Assembly (NCBI GenBank): GCA_964188305.1
Contig: OZ076899.1
DNA from: Podarcis bocagei
Taxonomy: Eukaryota
DNA length: 64,000 bases
Strand: one strand, 5' to 3'
Of the stretch, positions 52,366 to 64,000 are shown in pieces. Below the pieces are notes generated by a model that ran no database searches, had not been told where the DNA came from, and saw nothing but the letters and a program-made list of their open reading frames with translations. Position 1 is the first letter of the stretch, and every line of letters starts with the position of its first letter. Position numbers and translations under genes: made by a program.

Positions 52366-52618
52366 CAGTTGGGTTACCTTGGGTTACAAACACCTCAGGT
52401 TACAAACACTTCGGGTTACAGACTCTGCTAACCCAGAAGTAGTACCTCGGGTTAAGAACTTTACCTCAGAATGAGAACAGAAATCACACAGCGGTGGTGG
52501 CAGTGCGGCGGGCAAGCAGGAGACCCCATTAGCTAAAGTGGTAACTCAGGTTAAGAATGGTTTCAGGTTAAGAACGGACCTCCGGAACGAATTAAGTACG
52601 TAACCAGAGGTACCACTG
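52366..52618. mobile_element. Tc1/mariner MITE
   Basis: TA|CAGT...TACCTTGGG ... GAGGTACCACTG|TA; interior homologous to 32490-32742. Confidence 0.88.
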
Positions 52619-54454
52619 TATATATTTTGGACAGAATCCAAACTATATTGTTTTTTCAGAGAACTCCAAGGATAATTCTTGCATCCAGATGCATTTCCAT
52701 GAGGTGGCTATATAAATTCATAATGAATAATATGACAAATACATACTGAAGCTTCTTTGAGTTTAGTTTAATGTTTCATTGAAATAATCGGAATAACTGA
52801 ACTATTTGACCCAATGAACGCAAAACTGCAGTGCTTGATAACAGAGTTAAAAAGCTGAGTGAACTGTTGTAATATTTCAATTATTTTTTTAAAATACAAA
52901 AAAGGTCTTTCTGCAATGATATAAAAACTGGTTCAGTTTTTAAAACACCACACTTTCTACACACCAATAGAAGTCTATATCCCTGCAATAGAGTAAACGA
53001 GCACAGCGCTGATCTAGTCAGGGTTAAGCTCTTTGAAACCCCACAGTGGAAGAATTAAGCCTTTTTCTGAGCATGATAAGGATCCTATCTGTGATGGTCC
53101 CTGGCTTGTAGAACGCCCTCCCCTCAGAGGTATGTCTGACATGGGCTTTCTTTTTATTCCAGCTCCAGGCAAAACCTCATTTCTTTGCTGAGGCATTTGG
53201 GGACATCCATTTTAATCCATATTATTGTTGGAGTTCTGAAACATAATCTGTTGTTCTTAAAGATCTGTAGCTGTAAGAACTTGGGGTCATAGGAAGCTGC
53301 ATTCCTATGGCCCAAAGAGCTCGGTACTGTTGACAGTGATGGGCAGCAGCAGTTGTGGGTTTCAGGCATGGGTCTCTCGCAGCCCTAGAGATGCCGTTGG
53401 GATCTTCTGCATGCAAGGTAGGTGGGTCAGGAATCCTGGTGGCTTTACATGCCTTTGTTGTTAAATAGATTTGCCCTGTACATTGAGGGAATTTTCAGCT
53501 ACCTTGAGATCAGTTGTGAGGAAGACTGGGTGAAAAATACATTACAGGAATAAGTAAAATAGAATAGCTACCAGTCTATTGGTATTGACTTTTCCAAGCA
53601 TTAGGAACATTGGAAGTTGCCTTATCCTGAGTCAGACCATTTGGTCCATTGAGCTCAGTATTGTCTACACTGACTGGCAGCATCTCTCCAGGCAGGGTGC
53701 TGCTCTCTTTCATTCAGGGTGTCTCTTCCAGATCCAACTGGTGATATCAGGGATTGAAAGTTGGACACAATGCATGTAAATCAGATACTTTGCCACTGAA
53801 CGACGTTCCTTTGCATTGAAGGCACTTTAGATCATGCAATCCGCCCCCCCCCCCGTGTGTGTGTGTGTAATACTAGCTTAACCACAGGCTTGACAGCAGT
53901 AGCCCTACCATGGTGTGTGTGGTAACAACATTTTCACATGCATCTTATTCCTACTCAGTCCTCCACCTCAATCCCTTAATTAAACTGCAATGACAGGGCT
54001 CCTCCACACTGGGATGGTTGGGGGGGTCATATGCTCCTCAATTGCCTCATTTGCTCCTCATGATGTACTGGTAACTTCTCCTGGTCATTCTGGCTGGCTT
54101 CCAAGTGCAGGTGAATTTTCTGCTGGACATGCAAATAGTTTGTGATGTTCATCTGAACGGTTGATGGGAGTAGAGGAGCAACATGGAGCTTTTATTTTAT
54201 TTTATTTTATTTTCGTTTCTAGCAGCTGGAGAGCTTGTGCAATAATTAGTGAGCTTGGGCAGGTATAGAGTGCTTTTCTTTCAATGCAAAAGCATAACTA
54301 TGCCCCTCTCATGGGAATGGTTACTAGATCTGTCGGTGCTGACTCTTTGAGTGCCAACATTTAGAGCACTGGGAGTCAGACACTGGATATACAGGTAACA
54401 CATTTTAAAACCCAGAAATGTGGATACTGCAGACACGGGCATCTTCAACAAAGG

Positions 54455-54457
<3 letters not shown>

Positions 54458-54506
<49 letters not shown>
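54458..54506. repeat. (CT)n microsatellite
   Basis: Direct reading. Confidence 0.97.
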
Positions 54507-54509
<3 letters not shown>

Positions 54510-57500
54510 CCTTTCTCCCTCTCTCAGTGTTATTAATGCTCATAGTACTCAGGGAAATCGTGATGATAAGAGTTCCTGACGTGGGAGTAATATTGAACGA
54601 AAAAGACCAAAGTTCAATCTAGTCCAACATTCATCCAAGCAGAAGCTTCTGAGAAACCTGAAAGTAACACATGGACACAATGCTTGTTTCCAGCACCTGA
54701 GGTTCACAGGTAGACTCCTTCTGTTCATGGAAGCTCCATTTAGTCGTCATAACTCATTACTGCCTGCAGCACGGGCAAGGGCTACAAATCCCATTCTCTC
54801 TGACAACTGGCCACATTAGCTGGTGCTGAGTTCAGCAACACCTGGAGGGCCGTAGGGTTCACTATCCCTGTTCTCTGTACCTCTTTTGAAACACTATTAA
54901 AGGCCATCTGGAACAGTGAGCTAGCTAGCACTGGGATTTTATACTTGAGAACACACTCAGATGATTTCTTAGAGAAGCCCCTGATTGCCATGTGCTTCTC
55001 GTTTTCAGCAGGAGCATCTCAGTACTTCAGGTATCCTTGGCTTCAAGAACCAGACCCAATGGACTCTCCTACCAGCTACGTACTTGACCCGTTCATGGGA
55101 AGCTCAGTTGGGAAAGGAGGGGGCAAATTGTCCCCTCCCTCTCCCTTTAGACAGTTTTGCTGCTCAAATTTTGCTGGAGGAAACTGCGGCTCTTCAAGCA
55201 CTACACCAGCCAGCAGATCACAAAGCAAACTCCCAGGCAAAGGGCAAGTGGGTGCCTGCAGCTTCTCATGACAAGAAGCCGGCCTTCTGCAACAATGCTG
55301 GGTTGTCAACAACTGGCCATTGATTGGATTGTAAGGGCAAGGGAGAAAAGGAGGCCTGGCTTGCTCTTGTGCCTTTAACAGGCACTGGATCTGCAGGACT
55401 TGGCAGATGAGGCTGCTCACATCCGTTACAGGCAGAGCTACAGAGGCTGCTTCAAAAGTTGGCAACTCTATTGCATTGTTTGAAGTCTCAGTGCTTTTGT
55501 AGTGGGGGGTGGAGGGAGGATAAATTTGATTCCACTCTGTTTAGATGTTGGAAGAAATATTAATCCACACTCTCTAGCTTGAGCCTCAAAGTGTCTCCCA
55601 TTTTAGGTAGGAATTAAACATGGAAGAGCAGCTACCTCTTTCAGGAATGACCTTGAGCTTCCCGACACCTGTTTGAGTTTGGTTATCTTTTGCATGCTCC
55701 CATGGAGATAAAGTAAAATCATCATCATAATATTTACTGTTAATTTACATAAACATTGAAGGTGCTCACAGCACTCCACAATCCTTACAACTACCCTGAA
55801 AGGTAGTCTGATATTATCATCATCCCTATATTGCACCAAGAATGGGCAGGTTGAGGGTTGCCTAAGGCAGCCACTCTCAGCTTTGTTTCCCATCCACCTC
55901 TGTTTTGGATAATTCCCACCAGTCTCATGCAGCACAGCCCAAAGTCAAGGCTGATGAGTGTTGTCACTCAAACCATTTCATTCCTTTTTTTATTTATTTA
56001 CTGCATTTCTATCCCACCTTTTCCTCCAAGGAGTTCAGTGTAGTTTTCCTCCCCCCCCCCATTTTATGCCCACAACAACCCTGTGGGGTTGGTGAGTCTT
56101 AGAAATAGTGAATGGCCCAAGGTCATCCAGTGAGCTTCATGGCTTAGTGGGGTTTCGAACACTGGTCTCTCCCAGGCCCTAGTCCAACACTCTAATCTGC
56201 CTGTCAACATTTGACTTAATGACTCCTAGCAAGCTCTTGCCTGAGTTGAGATTCGAAATAAAGCCCCCTACACACACATAGTACCATTTGCAACATAGGG
56301 ATGGTGTCTGTATCCCATTCCTGTAAATCACATATATTCCAAACTACATAAGCGTGAGAGGAAAGGGGAAAGAGAAATTGCCTCTCAGTCTTTCTACTCA
56401 GATCTCTGAGCATCACATTCGAAGCAGACAGATCCTTCCATTGATCAACCGAGCCAGATAATTTCCCAGTCCAGAGATGCATAACAAGGAGGCTAATGAA
56501 GCACTGGGCAGCCAGAAAGCCATTCACAGCCAGGTGTTAAATTGACACAGCATTTGATGGCAACAGAAGCAACCGCTGCAATCAGAAGAAAGTTACTGCC
56601 CAACATGCCTGTTGGAGCCTCTCTTAAGCTCCACGTTGTGACGCAGGCCCAAGTGATGCCTCCCCATAATTTTCTGTCTCTAGGAAAATGGGATGTCATC
56701 ACCACCACCCTCCCTTCACCCTAAAGTCACTGAGCTGGTTGCAACAGTTAAAACAGTTTAAAACAACTCGCAACAACAGAAATAAGGTGCATCCTGAAAA
56801 TATCTGCCTCCTAGATACGTACTATTGCTAAAACCAAATCTTGGAGCAGCAGTTAGCATCAAGAGCAATAGAATTAGCCTTGTTGGTGAGTACTGTGGAT
56901 GCCAAAGACTCGGGTATTGGGGACTCTTGAGTGATGAGCATGAGGGCTTGTCTCAATTTCTTTCCCCTGAGAGCAATTTGGATGCTGTGTGAATGTGCTC
57001 AGCTTGGTCCAGTGTAAGGAATTGAGACTGAGAATATAAAGTCACCTTTTGTGTCTTTTTGAGGAAAAAAGTGGTTTTTTTTTGGGGGGGGCAAATTGTC
57101 TAAATAAATAAATATTGGACCAACTAATATTTGTGACTCCATGCTTTCCTCTTTTATCCCCCCCCCCTGGACATTTTGGGTTGCAGAAGAATTCTGTCTT
57201 TCTTAAGTCCTTGGCTTACAGAATGACCATCAGTTGCTCCAGGAAAAAGGAGTGTGCCTTGTTTCATGTTCTGGCATAGAGGTGAGAAGGATGGTTGAAC
57301 TCCCACCACCCCTCCACCCTTCACTCTCATGACCTTCCTTATCCTGACTACCCATTGACCTTGGACTGAGCTGCCTGCCTCTTTCTCATAGACATCAGAC
57401 AGCCTGTCCCTTCAATGGACCTCTTCACATGGCCCACCTGGAGCAATGATCAGCTGCAAAAGGTGAACTGAAGCTTCTACAGAAAGATACGAGGAAGGCT

Positions 57501-58098
57501 GAGCCAAGACTATATATAAGCTAGATTAGGTTTTCTGGATGGGGAATACACAGGGAGAAGGCATTGACAGGGGACTGTGGGCAGTGAGAACACCCTCTCC
57601 CCACATCGCTTCATGCAGCAGTTGCCAAAGAGTGGGATCTTTGCATTTATCCACCTACACAAGCTGGGGGGGGGGGAGCAGTTAAAGACTAGTGGGCAGA
57701 GACATGGAACACTTCCCTGATGACTCACTGAAGCTTCTGATAACAGGCAGCTTGAGAGATAAATTTGGCTTCCTTTTTGGCCCAGCTCTCTGGAAGTTTG
57801 AGGACCACCAGGCTAATGGACCACATCAGCATTCTCTTGCAACAGTGCGTAAAGACAGAGAAAGACTCCAAACCTCTGTGGGTTGAAACAGAGAGAAGGG
57901 TGGGGTGGGGGTGGGGATTAGCTCATTTTTAAAAACCTGCAGCTGTGCTAGTCTACTTAGTCTTGCTTGTGGGGAATGGTGGTGGTGGGGAATATAATGT
58001 ACCTCCTGGGATTATTTACGTATGTGGCTTAAATCACTTTCTCTCATAACATACAGATAACTAATTTAACAACAGGAGAAACTGAGTGTGAGGGAGAC

Positions 58099-58163
58099 CA
58101 AGGAAGGAAGGAAGGAAGGAAGGAAGGAAGGAAGGAAGGAAGGAAGGAAGGAAGGAAGGAAGG
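58099..58163. repeat. (GGAA)n microsatellite
   Basis: Direct reading. Confidence 0.97.
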
Positions 58164-59137
58164 TGTAAAGTGTTCTTGTCATATTGTAGAAGTCCCTTTG
58201 TAGCCCCCCAGATTCACACCATGATCTTAATGAAGGTGACATTCAATAACACAAAGGGAGAAACCCAGAATCCAAGTGCTCCTTCGGATGCTGGTCTTTG
58301 TCATTGCCTAATAACACTCCTTCAATGCCCACACCATCTCCACAGCCAAGGAGGGTTAACTAAAACACCACAACACTAAAAACAAAGCAAAAAAACCTCA
58401 ACTTGCTCAATGGTCATTTGGTTCATGATCAGTTTCCCAAGGAACCTTTTGTTAAATGCACACACACACCTCTGCAACAAGTGAGCCCTGGTCAGAGAAA
58501 ACAGTCACCCCAGCCTACCCTGCGGCACAAATTCTAGTCCCATCTTTGCAGGAGTCAATGCATGCATGAAAATATATTCTTCCTACTCTCTCAACCCTTT
58601 CTACTCTCTCAACGGGCAGGGCTTGGCTTTGCCATTACCTGACCATCTAATGCTTGCCTGTCTTCCTGGCATAGATTGCAACATATAGACATGTAATAAT
58701 GGAACAGGACACCGCAAGAGCATCACAAGAGCCCTGCATCTGGATCCACCTATCCTAATATCTTGTTCTCACACAGTAGTCAACCAAATGTCCCAGTCTG
58801 AAGCCCACAAGTGTGCAACAGCCCTTTCCCACCTCGGTGTTGTGTCCTGAGACCCACACGGCAATGTTTAGCCAAAAAGAAGTCAGAGCAGAGTCCAAAG
58901 CTAGAAGCAGACCCAGGCAAAGGCTTGAGACTCTAAGGGCCCAAAGGGAAGTTTCTAGGGCTGTGGGTTCTCTCTGCATCTCTCAGGCAAAGCCAAACTT
59001 TCCCCATGGAAGCAACACCACTTCCCCTGACTGTGCTACAACATTAGTCCCAGCAGTCCTCCCTTCACCCCATCCCAGCTCACTTCCAAAAGACGAGGAG
59101 AGCCCAGAGCTGGCAACAAAGAGTTGGGTTTCAATAC

Positions 59138-59348
59138 CTTCCAAGCAGCAGGTCCTCCACAAGCCCGAGTGGGTCATGACTTCTTCGTTTTTCCTGCTGG
59201 TGTCATTGTCGTTTGTGGACTTAGTCCTGCACACCCCCCTGGAATACAGCCAATAGTCTGTGCCCACCGCGATGGTCATGAGGCTGAACGCTGCAAAGGC
59301 TCCCAGGGTGGTGATCAGCATCTGGATACCTCTGTCACACATCCTCAT
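59138..59348 (-). CDS. CACNG3: Voltage-dependent calcium channel gamma-3 / TARP gamma-3, coding exon 1 (211 nt)
   Basis: Translates [71 protein letters not shown]. The [12 protein letters not shown]-terminus is characteristic of gamma-3, and the claudin-family GLW..C motif is present. ATG at 59348-59346; phase-1 donor GAAG|GTATTG with GT at 59137-59136. Confidence 0.97.
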
Positions 59349-59358
59349 AATGATGCAT
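59335..59358 (-). other. Overlapping out-of-frame uORF (MHHYEDV*)
   Basis: ACC-ATG-CAT-CAT-TAT-GAG-GAT-GTG-TGA; starts 10 nt upstream of the main ATG and stops inside the CDS. Confidence 0.6.
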
Positions 59359-60146
59359 GGTATCGTGGGCAGCCAACCGGAGGGGAAGGCAAGGCAGAGG
59401 GAGAAAGAAGGCAAAGGTGTCGCTCACACTCCCCTGGAGCTAGGGGGCCGGAGGCATGCAAGGGAAGGGCTGCCCCTTCTCTACACGAACCGGGCTCTCC
59501 ACACCAGAGGAGGGGGACCCCGCGGGCTCCTCAGGTGCTGGTCTTCTGCGTTTCGAGGGATCTCCTCCCTGCCCCTCTTGGATGGAGCATGAGGCTGAGA
59601 TCCAGCCAGGCGCCTGCTGCTCATCCCCGATCCAGACCCCGCACGCCGGGCTCAGAGGCGTGCGGCTTGTCCTTCGTTCAGCCTGGGAGAGCCAGACGCC
59701 TGTCACAAGAGCAAAAAAATAAATAAAAAATTCCAAAGAGCTCGGGATCAACACGGTGTGTGTCTGCGTGTGTGTGCTAGAGAGAGGAAGAGGTGGGAGA
59801 GAGGATGCGGGTGGAATAGACAGAAATAGGTGCTTTAAAAGCAGCTGGGTGGAAATATCCCCCACGACTGGCGATGGAGAGAAGAGGAGATCGCCCCAAG
59901 CCCCCTCCCCGTCTCTGAAGCGACAAGCAAAGGCGGCGGCGGCGGCGAAAACTGCCAGAGGTGCGGAGCCCGCGACTGGAAAGGGAAGTCACTACCGGGT
60001 CCCCTGTGGTGCTGAGCAGGCCCGCCCCCAGCTCGGCGCTGGAGGGATGGATTCCCCCCAGCCAAGCAGCGGGGTGGGTGGGCTCCTTGGGCTGGAGAGG
60101 GCCGCTCCCTTCCTGCTGCTGCTGCCGCCGCCCGCTCGGGCGCCGC

Positions 60147-60167
60147 GGTGCTGAAGCGGACAGCTCC
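60147..60167. promoter_or_regulatory. Non-canonical RE1/NRSE-like site 1 (inverted left half + right half)
   Basis: GGTGCTGAA-gc-GGACAGCTCC. GGTGCTGAA is the reverse complement of the RE1 left half TTCAGCACC; GGACAGCTCC matches the right half GGACAGCGCC at 9/10. Confidence 0.6.
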
Positions 60168-60198
60168 CTGCGCGCCTGCCCGTGCCCTGGAGTGTGGT

Positions 60199-60219
60199 GG
60201 TGCTGAAGTGGACAGCTCC
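60199..60219. promoter_or_regulatory. Non-canonical RE1/NRSE-like site 2
   Basis: GGTGCTGAA-gt-GGACAGCTCC, same arrangement 52 bp from site 1. Confidence 0.6.
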
Positions 60220-60746
60220 CGCGATTCTAGACTCCGGCTCCCTGTGATGTAAGGAGGCGCCTCCCACTCGCCTCCGGCGCTCTCCAGGAGGGATTCTGCT
60301 GGAACTTTTTGGTGAAGGAGGTGGTGGAGGAGGAGGAGGATGGCTGCTCCCATCAGCAGGCGAGGCGCTTCCCTGCTGCTCCTGCTGCTGCTGCTACTGC
60401 TGCCGCCGCCGCCGCCTGCAGCTGAGCTTTGACACTCGGACTGGTGAGCAGCTGCTTGTCCCAGCTGCCCATGTCCCTCCCAAAATACTGGAAGCGAGTG
60501 ATGCAGAGATCGCACAGCTGCCTGGAAGGATGAACCGAGCCGAGGAGAAGGTACAAAAGTGGCTGATTACATGCGAGTTCGAGGCGGGGAGGTTGGCTTT
60601 CCAGGGAACTCAATTCCCTCCCCCCCTCACGCACACAAGCAAGGCACCCGAGGTATGCACACGCAGGCATGTGCACACTCACAAACACACACTTCTCTCC
60701 TATAACACCCACAAAAAACTTTCCCACAGGTTTATCAAGATGCTGT

Positions 60747-61127
60747 GGGGAAGGACTATAGCTCAGGGATAGAACAACCACTTTGCATACAATAGTTTCT
60801 AGGTTCAACAACCAGCATCTTCAGGTAGGGCTGGGATAGACCCCTAGCTAAAATGCTGCAGAGCTGCTGCCCATCAGTGCAGGCAATATAGAGCTAGATA
60901 GACCAATGGGCTGACGTTGTATGAGGCAGCTCCCTATGTTCCTTCCTATGTTTCCTAGCTCAGTGGAAACGCATCTGCTTTGCATGCAGAAGGTCCCAGG
61001 TTCAAAACCCTGCATCTCCTGGTAAGACTAGAGGAGAACATGGTCTGGAGCCTCAGACAACTGATGCCTGTCAGTGTAGAAAATACTTACTGGTTTCATC
61101 TGGTATAAGGAAGCTTCCTGTGTTCCT
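60747..61127 (+). mobile_element. Head-to-tail pair of tRNA-Ala-like SINEs
   Basis: Copy 1 60747-60955, copy 2 60956-61127; each has a tagctcag A box, a ggttcaa B box and a cctRtgttcct tail. Confidence 0.75.
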
Positions 61128-61221
61128 GTACTATCATGTGAGCACCATCTCACTACTTTTGACTAAAGGAAAATCAAAGTGCTAGTTTACTAGCAAAGTT
61201 GCTTGGAGCCCTTTGTTTCCC

Positions 61222-61300
61222 TGTGAGATCTTAAAGACCAACGATCGTATTATGGCACAAGCTTTTGTGAACTAGAGTCCAACTTCATTAAATGTGTGAA
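61222..61300 (-). mobile_element. Penelope-like element terminal fragment with decayed hammerhead motif
   Basis: Minus strand caTTTAATGAagttggactctagttcacAAAAgcttgtgcc parallels the PLE hammerhead pattern CTGATGA-stem-GAAAgctt. Confidence 0.55.
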
Positions 61301-62282
61301 AGGTACTCCTAAATAGGCATATACTGTAGATAGATAAATATAGAGTTTCCCCCACAGAGGGGAATGGATGGATCGAAGTGATGTCACAGGAAAATGAAAT
61401 GCATATTCATTTATTGCACTTACACCCCACATTTTTCTACAAGGAACTCACAAAGTGGCCTACACGGTTCTCCTCCTCCGACCCAAAGTCACCTAGTGAG
61501 CTTCATGGCCGAGTGGAGATTTGAACCCTGGTCTCCCAGGTCCTGGTCTGACATTCTAACCACCACACCACATCGACTCTCCAGACAGCCCGTAAGGATT
61601 CAAAATAGTTAAGGTGACCATATACAAGGTTGGAGATGCCTGTTCTCCCCCAAACTGAGGTAATTATAGGTAAGTATAAGGTGACAGAATTTGATGGCTA
61701 GTTATGCTGGAGCACCAGATCTGTGGCACTACCATAGAGGTTGACATGGCTTCACAGTCTGCTAACTTTTTCATGGCTAGCTTGGGACTACCATTTGCTT
61801 TCTCAGTTCCTGTCCCCCATCCTTATCATTTGGACTGTTATCATATGCTGTTCCACCAGAACTTCCACCTCACCATCCACCTGAGCCTAGACCCATCCAG
61901 GTGGCAGCCTCACTTTCTGAACATGACTGTGCAATGACATAAAAATAGATATATAAGCTCAACTTTATATCAGAACCCTACTAAGGACATGTATCTACAT
62001 GCATCTAGCTCCCATCCAGAACATGCTACAAAATCCATTGTCTGCAACAAAGCCCTAAAGTACAACTGCATCTGCTCTGACTCATCAAAGAGAGGCTCAC
62101 AGCTTAAGGATTTGCATCAGTCATTTCTTAGGCTACAATCTCCACCCATTGATGTGAAAAAGCAGTTTAGTAAGAGCAGGCAGGTGCCTAGGAATAATCC
62201 ACTGTAGCACAGACCCATAATGGAAAATGGCAGAACACCTCTCTGTCACCCACCGGCTTTGTTGAAACCACTCCAGTGAAAA

Positions 62283-62900
62283 GTTACATGCCACCCCAGT
62301 CTCTGAGTGGCAAGAGACTCCAGCGGTTCCAGTGCTTACCCAAATTTGGGTTCCTTGGAATGAAGGTCAGTAGAGACTGTGCTGTCCTTAGGATATATTG
62401 TTTTATTTACACATATATACACAACCTGATCATAAGATGGAGGGGCTCACAACACGAACACCCTGAAAAGATAATGCTTCTACATTATTTGCAGCTTTAG
62501 ATCCAGCACAGAGCAAGCATGTCTGTGTCTCCCGCTTCCAGCCTGCTATCAAGCTCAGTTCACATAGACCTTGCAGGCTATTGTTCTCCTACATAGCAGC
62601 TAGGAGAGGTGGTGTGGAGGAAAGACCCATCCATTAGCTTGGAAGGCACAGTCACTTGCAACCTAGCTCATTATTTTGGGATGCTGATGAGGACATTTAA
62701 GTGGCTGGCTAAGGTCATTGTCTTACAATGAAACTTGTCTGACCAGTCCAGCTATCACCTACATTAGTGTCTAACCCTCACTGGGTATAGGACCCCAAGA
62801 ACTGGAAGGGACTTAGGGCATCATTCAGACTGACCCCCCCCCCCCGAGCTCATAATGTCATAATCAAGGATCCACAGCCCATCTAGGATAATGATTCTTC
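62283..62900 (-). mobile_element. LTR-like repeat; the 62655-62835 part is homologous to ~740-915
   Basis: Left end shared with the 35456 copy; shared blocks tttgggatgctgRtgaggac, gctaaggtc and ctaaccctcactgg..aggaccccaagaa. Confidence 0.55.
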
Positions 62901-63868
62901 CCTTTCATAAGCCTTTGGGGAAGGTAAGCCTCTGATTTATTACAGATGTCTCCCCCACCTCTAACTTAAACTAGCTACTCACCAGCAATAACAGGCCACA
63001 TAACAGACACACAAAGACAGGAACCAGGCCCTGCAATGGACCCAGATTCCAGCTCTGTCCACATATCTACTCTGGCAACACTGTTATAGAACCTAGCAAT
63101 GTCACCCACAACATCAGAGTGTTCATTCACCTGCTCATCTTCCAAAATATATGGTAGATTATATGCAATATAATCTGCCAGCAAAGCAGATTACACAAGA
63201 CCAACAAGTCAGGCTTTCTGCAAAACAATAAGTGGGCACAAATCACATCAGAAAGGCAATATTCAGAAACCAGTGGGAAAATATTTCAATCTCGCAGAAC
63301 AGTCCAATTCGTCTCTTAAAAGAGCCACGTTAGATCAAAGGGAAACTCCAGTGTGAAAGGACTGATTTGCAGTTTAACAGGAAATTCAATTCTGTCACTT
63401 GTGGCTTGAATGGAGATTTTCAGTTTTTATTCCACTGTTCATGACATTTAGTTTAGCCATGCTAGAATGTTTATGTCATCACCACCAGCATTTTGTTTAT
63501 GGTCACTGTGACTATTTTGCTTGGATATAATTGTCATTGTCTTTTCTTTAGGCATTATGTTGCCCTCTGACCTCACTTCTCAACATTCTCCCCCTGCCTT
63601 AATGTATATCTATGTCTTCCAATTTAGGATTACACTGAATGATGAACATAAGAACATCTAGTCCAGCATCTTCGTCTCACAGTGGCCAACCAGGTACCCC
63701 AATGGGAAGCATGTAAGCAAGACATCTTTGGCTGAGGCTCTTAGTCTTCATAATGCAAAGGCTCAGTTGCTCACCTTCACCCCTTCTTATCCTGCTCTCT
63801 CCCAGGTATCCCCTCTCTCAGGTGTTTGTTACCCTTCTAGCTCCCACACTGTCTTCAAGATAGGTTAT

Positions 63869-63918
63869 TGCATTGCTCTTGCTTACTAACAGCTGCATTG
63901 CTCTTGCTTACTAACAGC
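63869..63918. repeat. 25-bp perfect tandem duplication
   Basis: tgcattgctcttgcttactaacagc x2. Confidence 0.92.
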
Positions 63919-64000
63919 TGAAAAAACACCATAAAACACAGCCGAATTCACAGGTGCCCTGAACGGGGCATTTTGTGGCACTTGCCCTCTTTAATGGATG

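Larger units (their letters stand above)
4230..59137 (-). other. CACNG3: CACNG3 intron 1 (54,908 nt, GT-AG)
   Basis: Bounded by the exon 1 donor and exon 2 acceptor; no other recognisable host coding sequence inside. Confidence 0.9.
59490..60590. promoter_or_regulatory. CpG island / promoter and 5'UTR region of CACNG3
   Basis: Dense CpG and GC-rich, transposon-free stretch directly upstream of the start codon, in otherwise CpG-depleted DNA; boundaries approximate. Confidence 0.85.

Noticed and set aside
55951-55975. CTGATGA-hairpin as a hammerhead ribozyme
   Set aside because: The stem is followed by TCAAAC rather than GAAA, and no stem I/III partners were found.
58983-59414. 143-aa ORF as the full CACNG3 exon with N-terminal extension
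   Set aside because: The extension begins at a TTG and the C-terminal part reads through the splice donor into the intron; the real coding part is 59348-59138.
59124-60811. Long ORFs (130-226 aa) on both strands of the CpG island
   Set aside because: Low-complexity products expected from stop-poor GC-rich DNA; no recognisable domain.

Overview
Vertebrate genomic DNA, most likely a squamate (lacertid-type lizard, inferred from the repeat families). The window holds the 5' half of CACNG3 (TARP gamma-3) on the minus strand: a CpG island/5' region (~59.5-60.6 kb), coding exon 1 (59348-59138, 211 nt), a 54.9-kb intron 1 and coding exon 2 (4229-4146, 84 nt). Exon 3 was not found and is presumably left of the window. 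The rest is transposon-rich intron: a decayed, nested, near full-length LINE, 3' fragments of CR1, L1 and L2, tRNA/CORE SINEs, Tc1/mariner and hAT MITEs, solo-LTR-like repeats, a Penelope-like remnant and microsatellites. Almost all ORFs in the track are spurious. The most interesting unannotated signals are regulatory: (1) a frame-preserving 9-nt microexon candidate in intron 1 (51428-51436) that would add Asp-Ile-Pro to the first extracellular loop; (2) two rearranged REST/RE1 half-site pairs 52 bp apart in the CpG island; (3) an out-of-frame uORF overlapping the start codon. All family assignments are by eye, no searches were run, and coordinates marked ~ are approximate.
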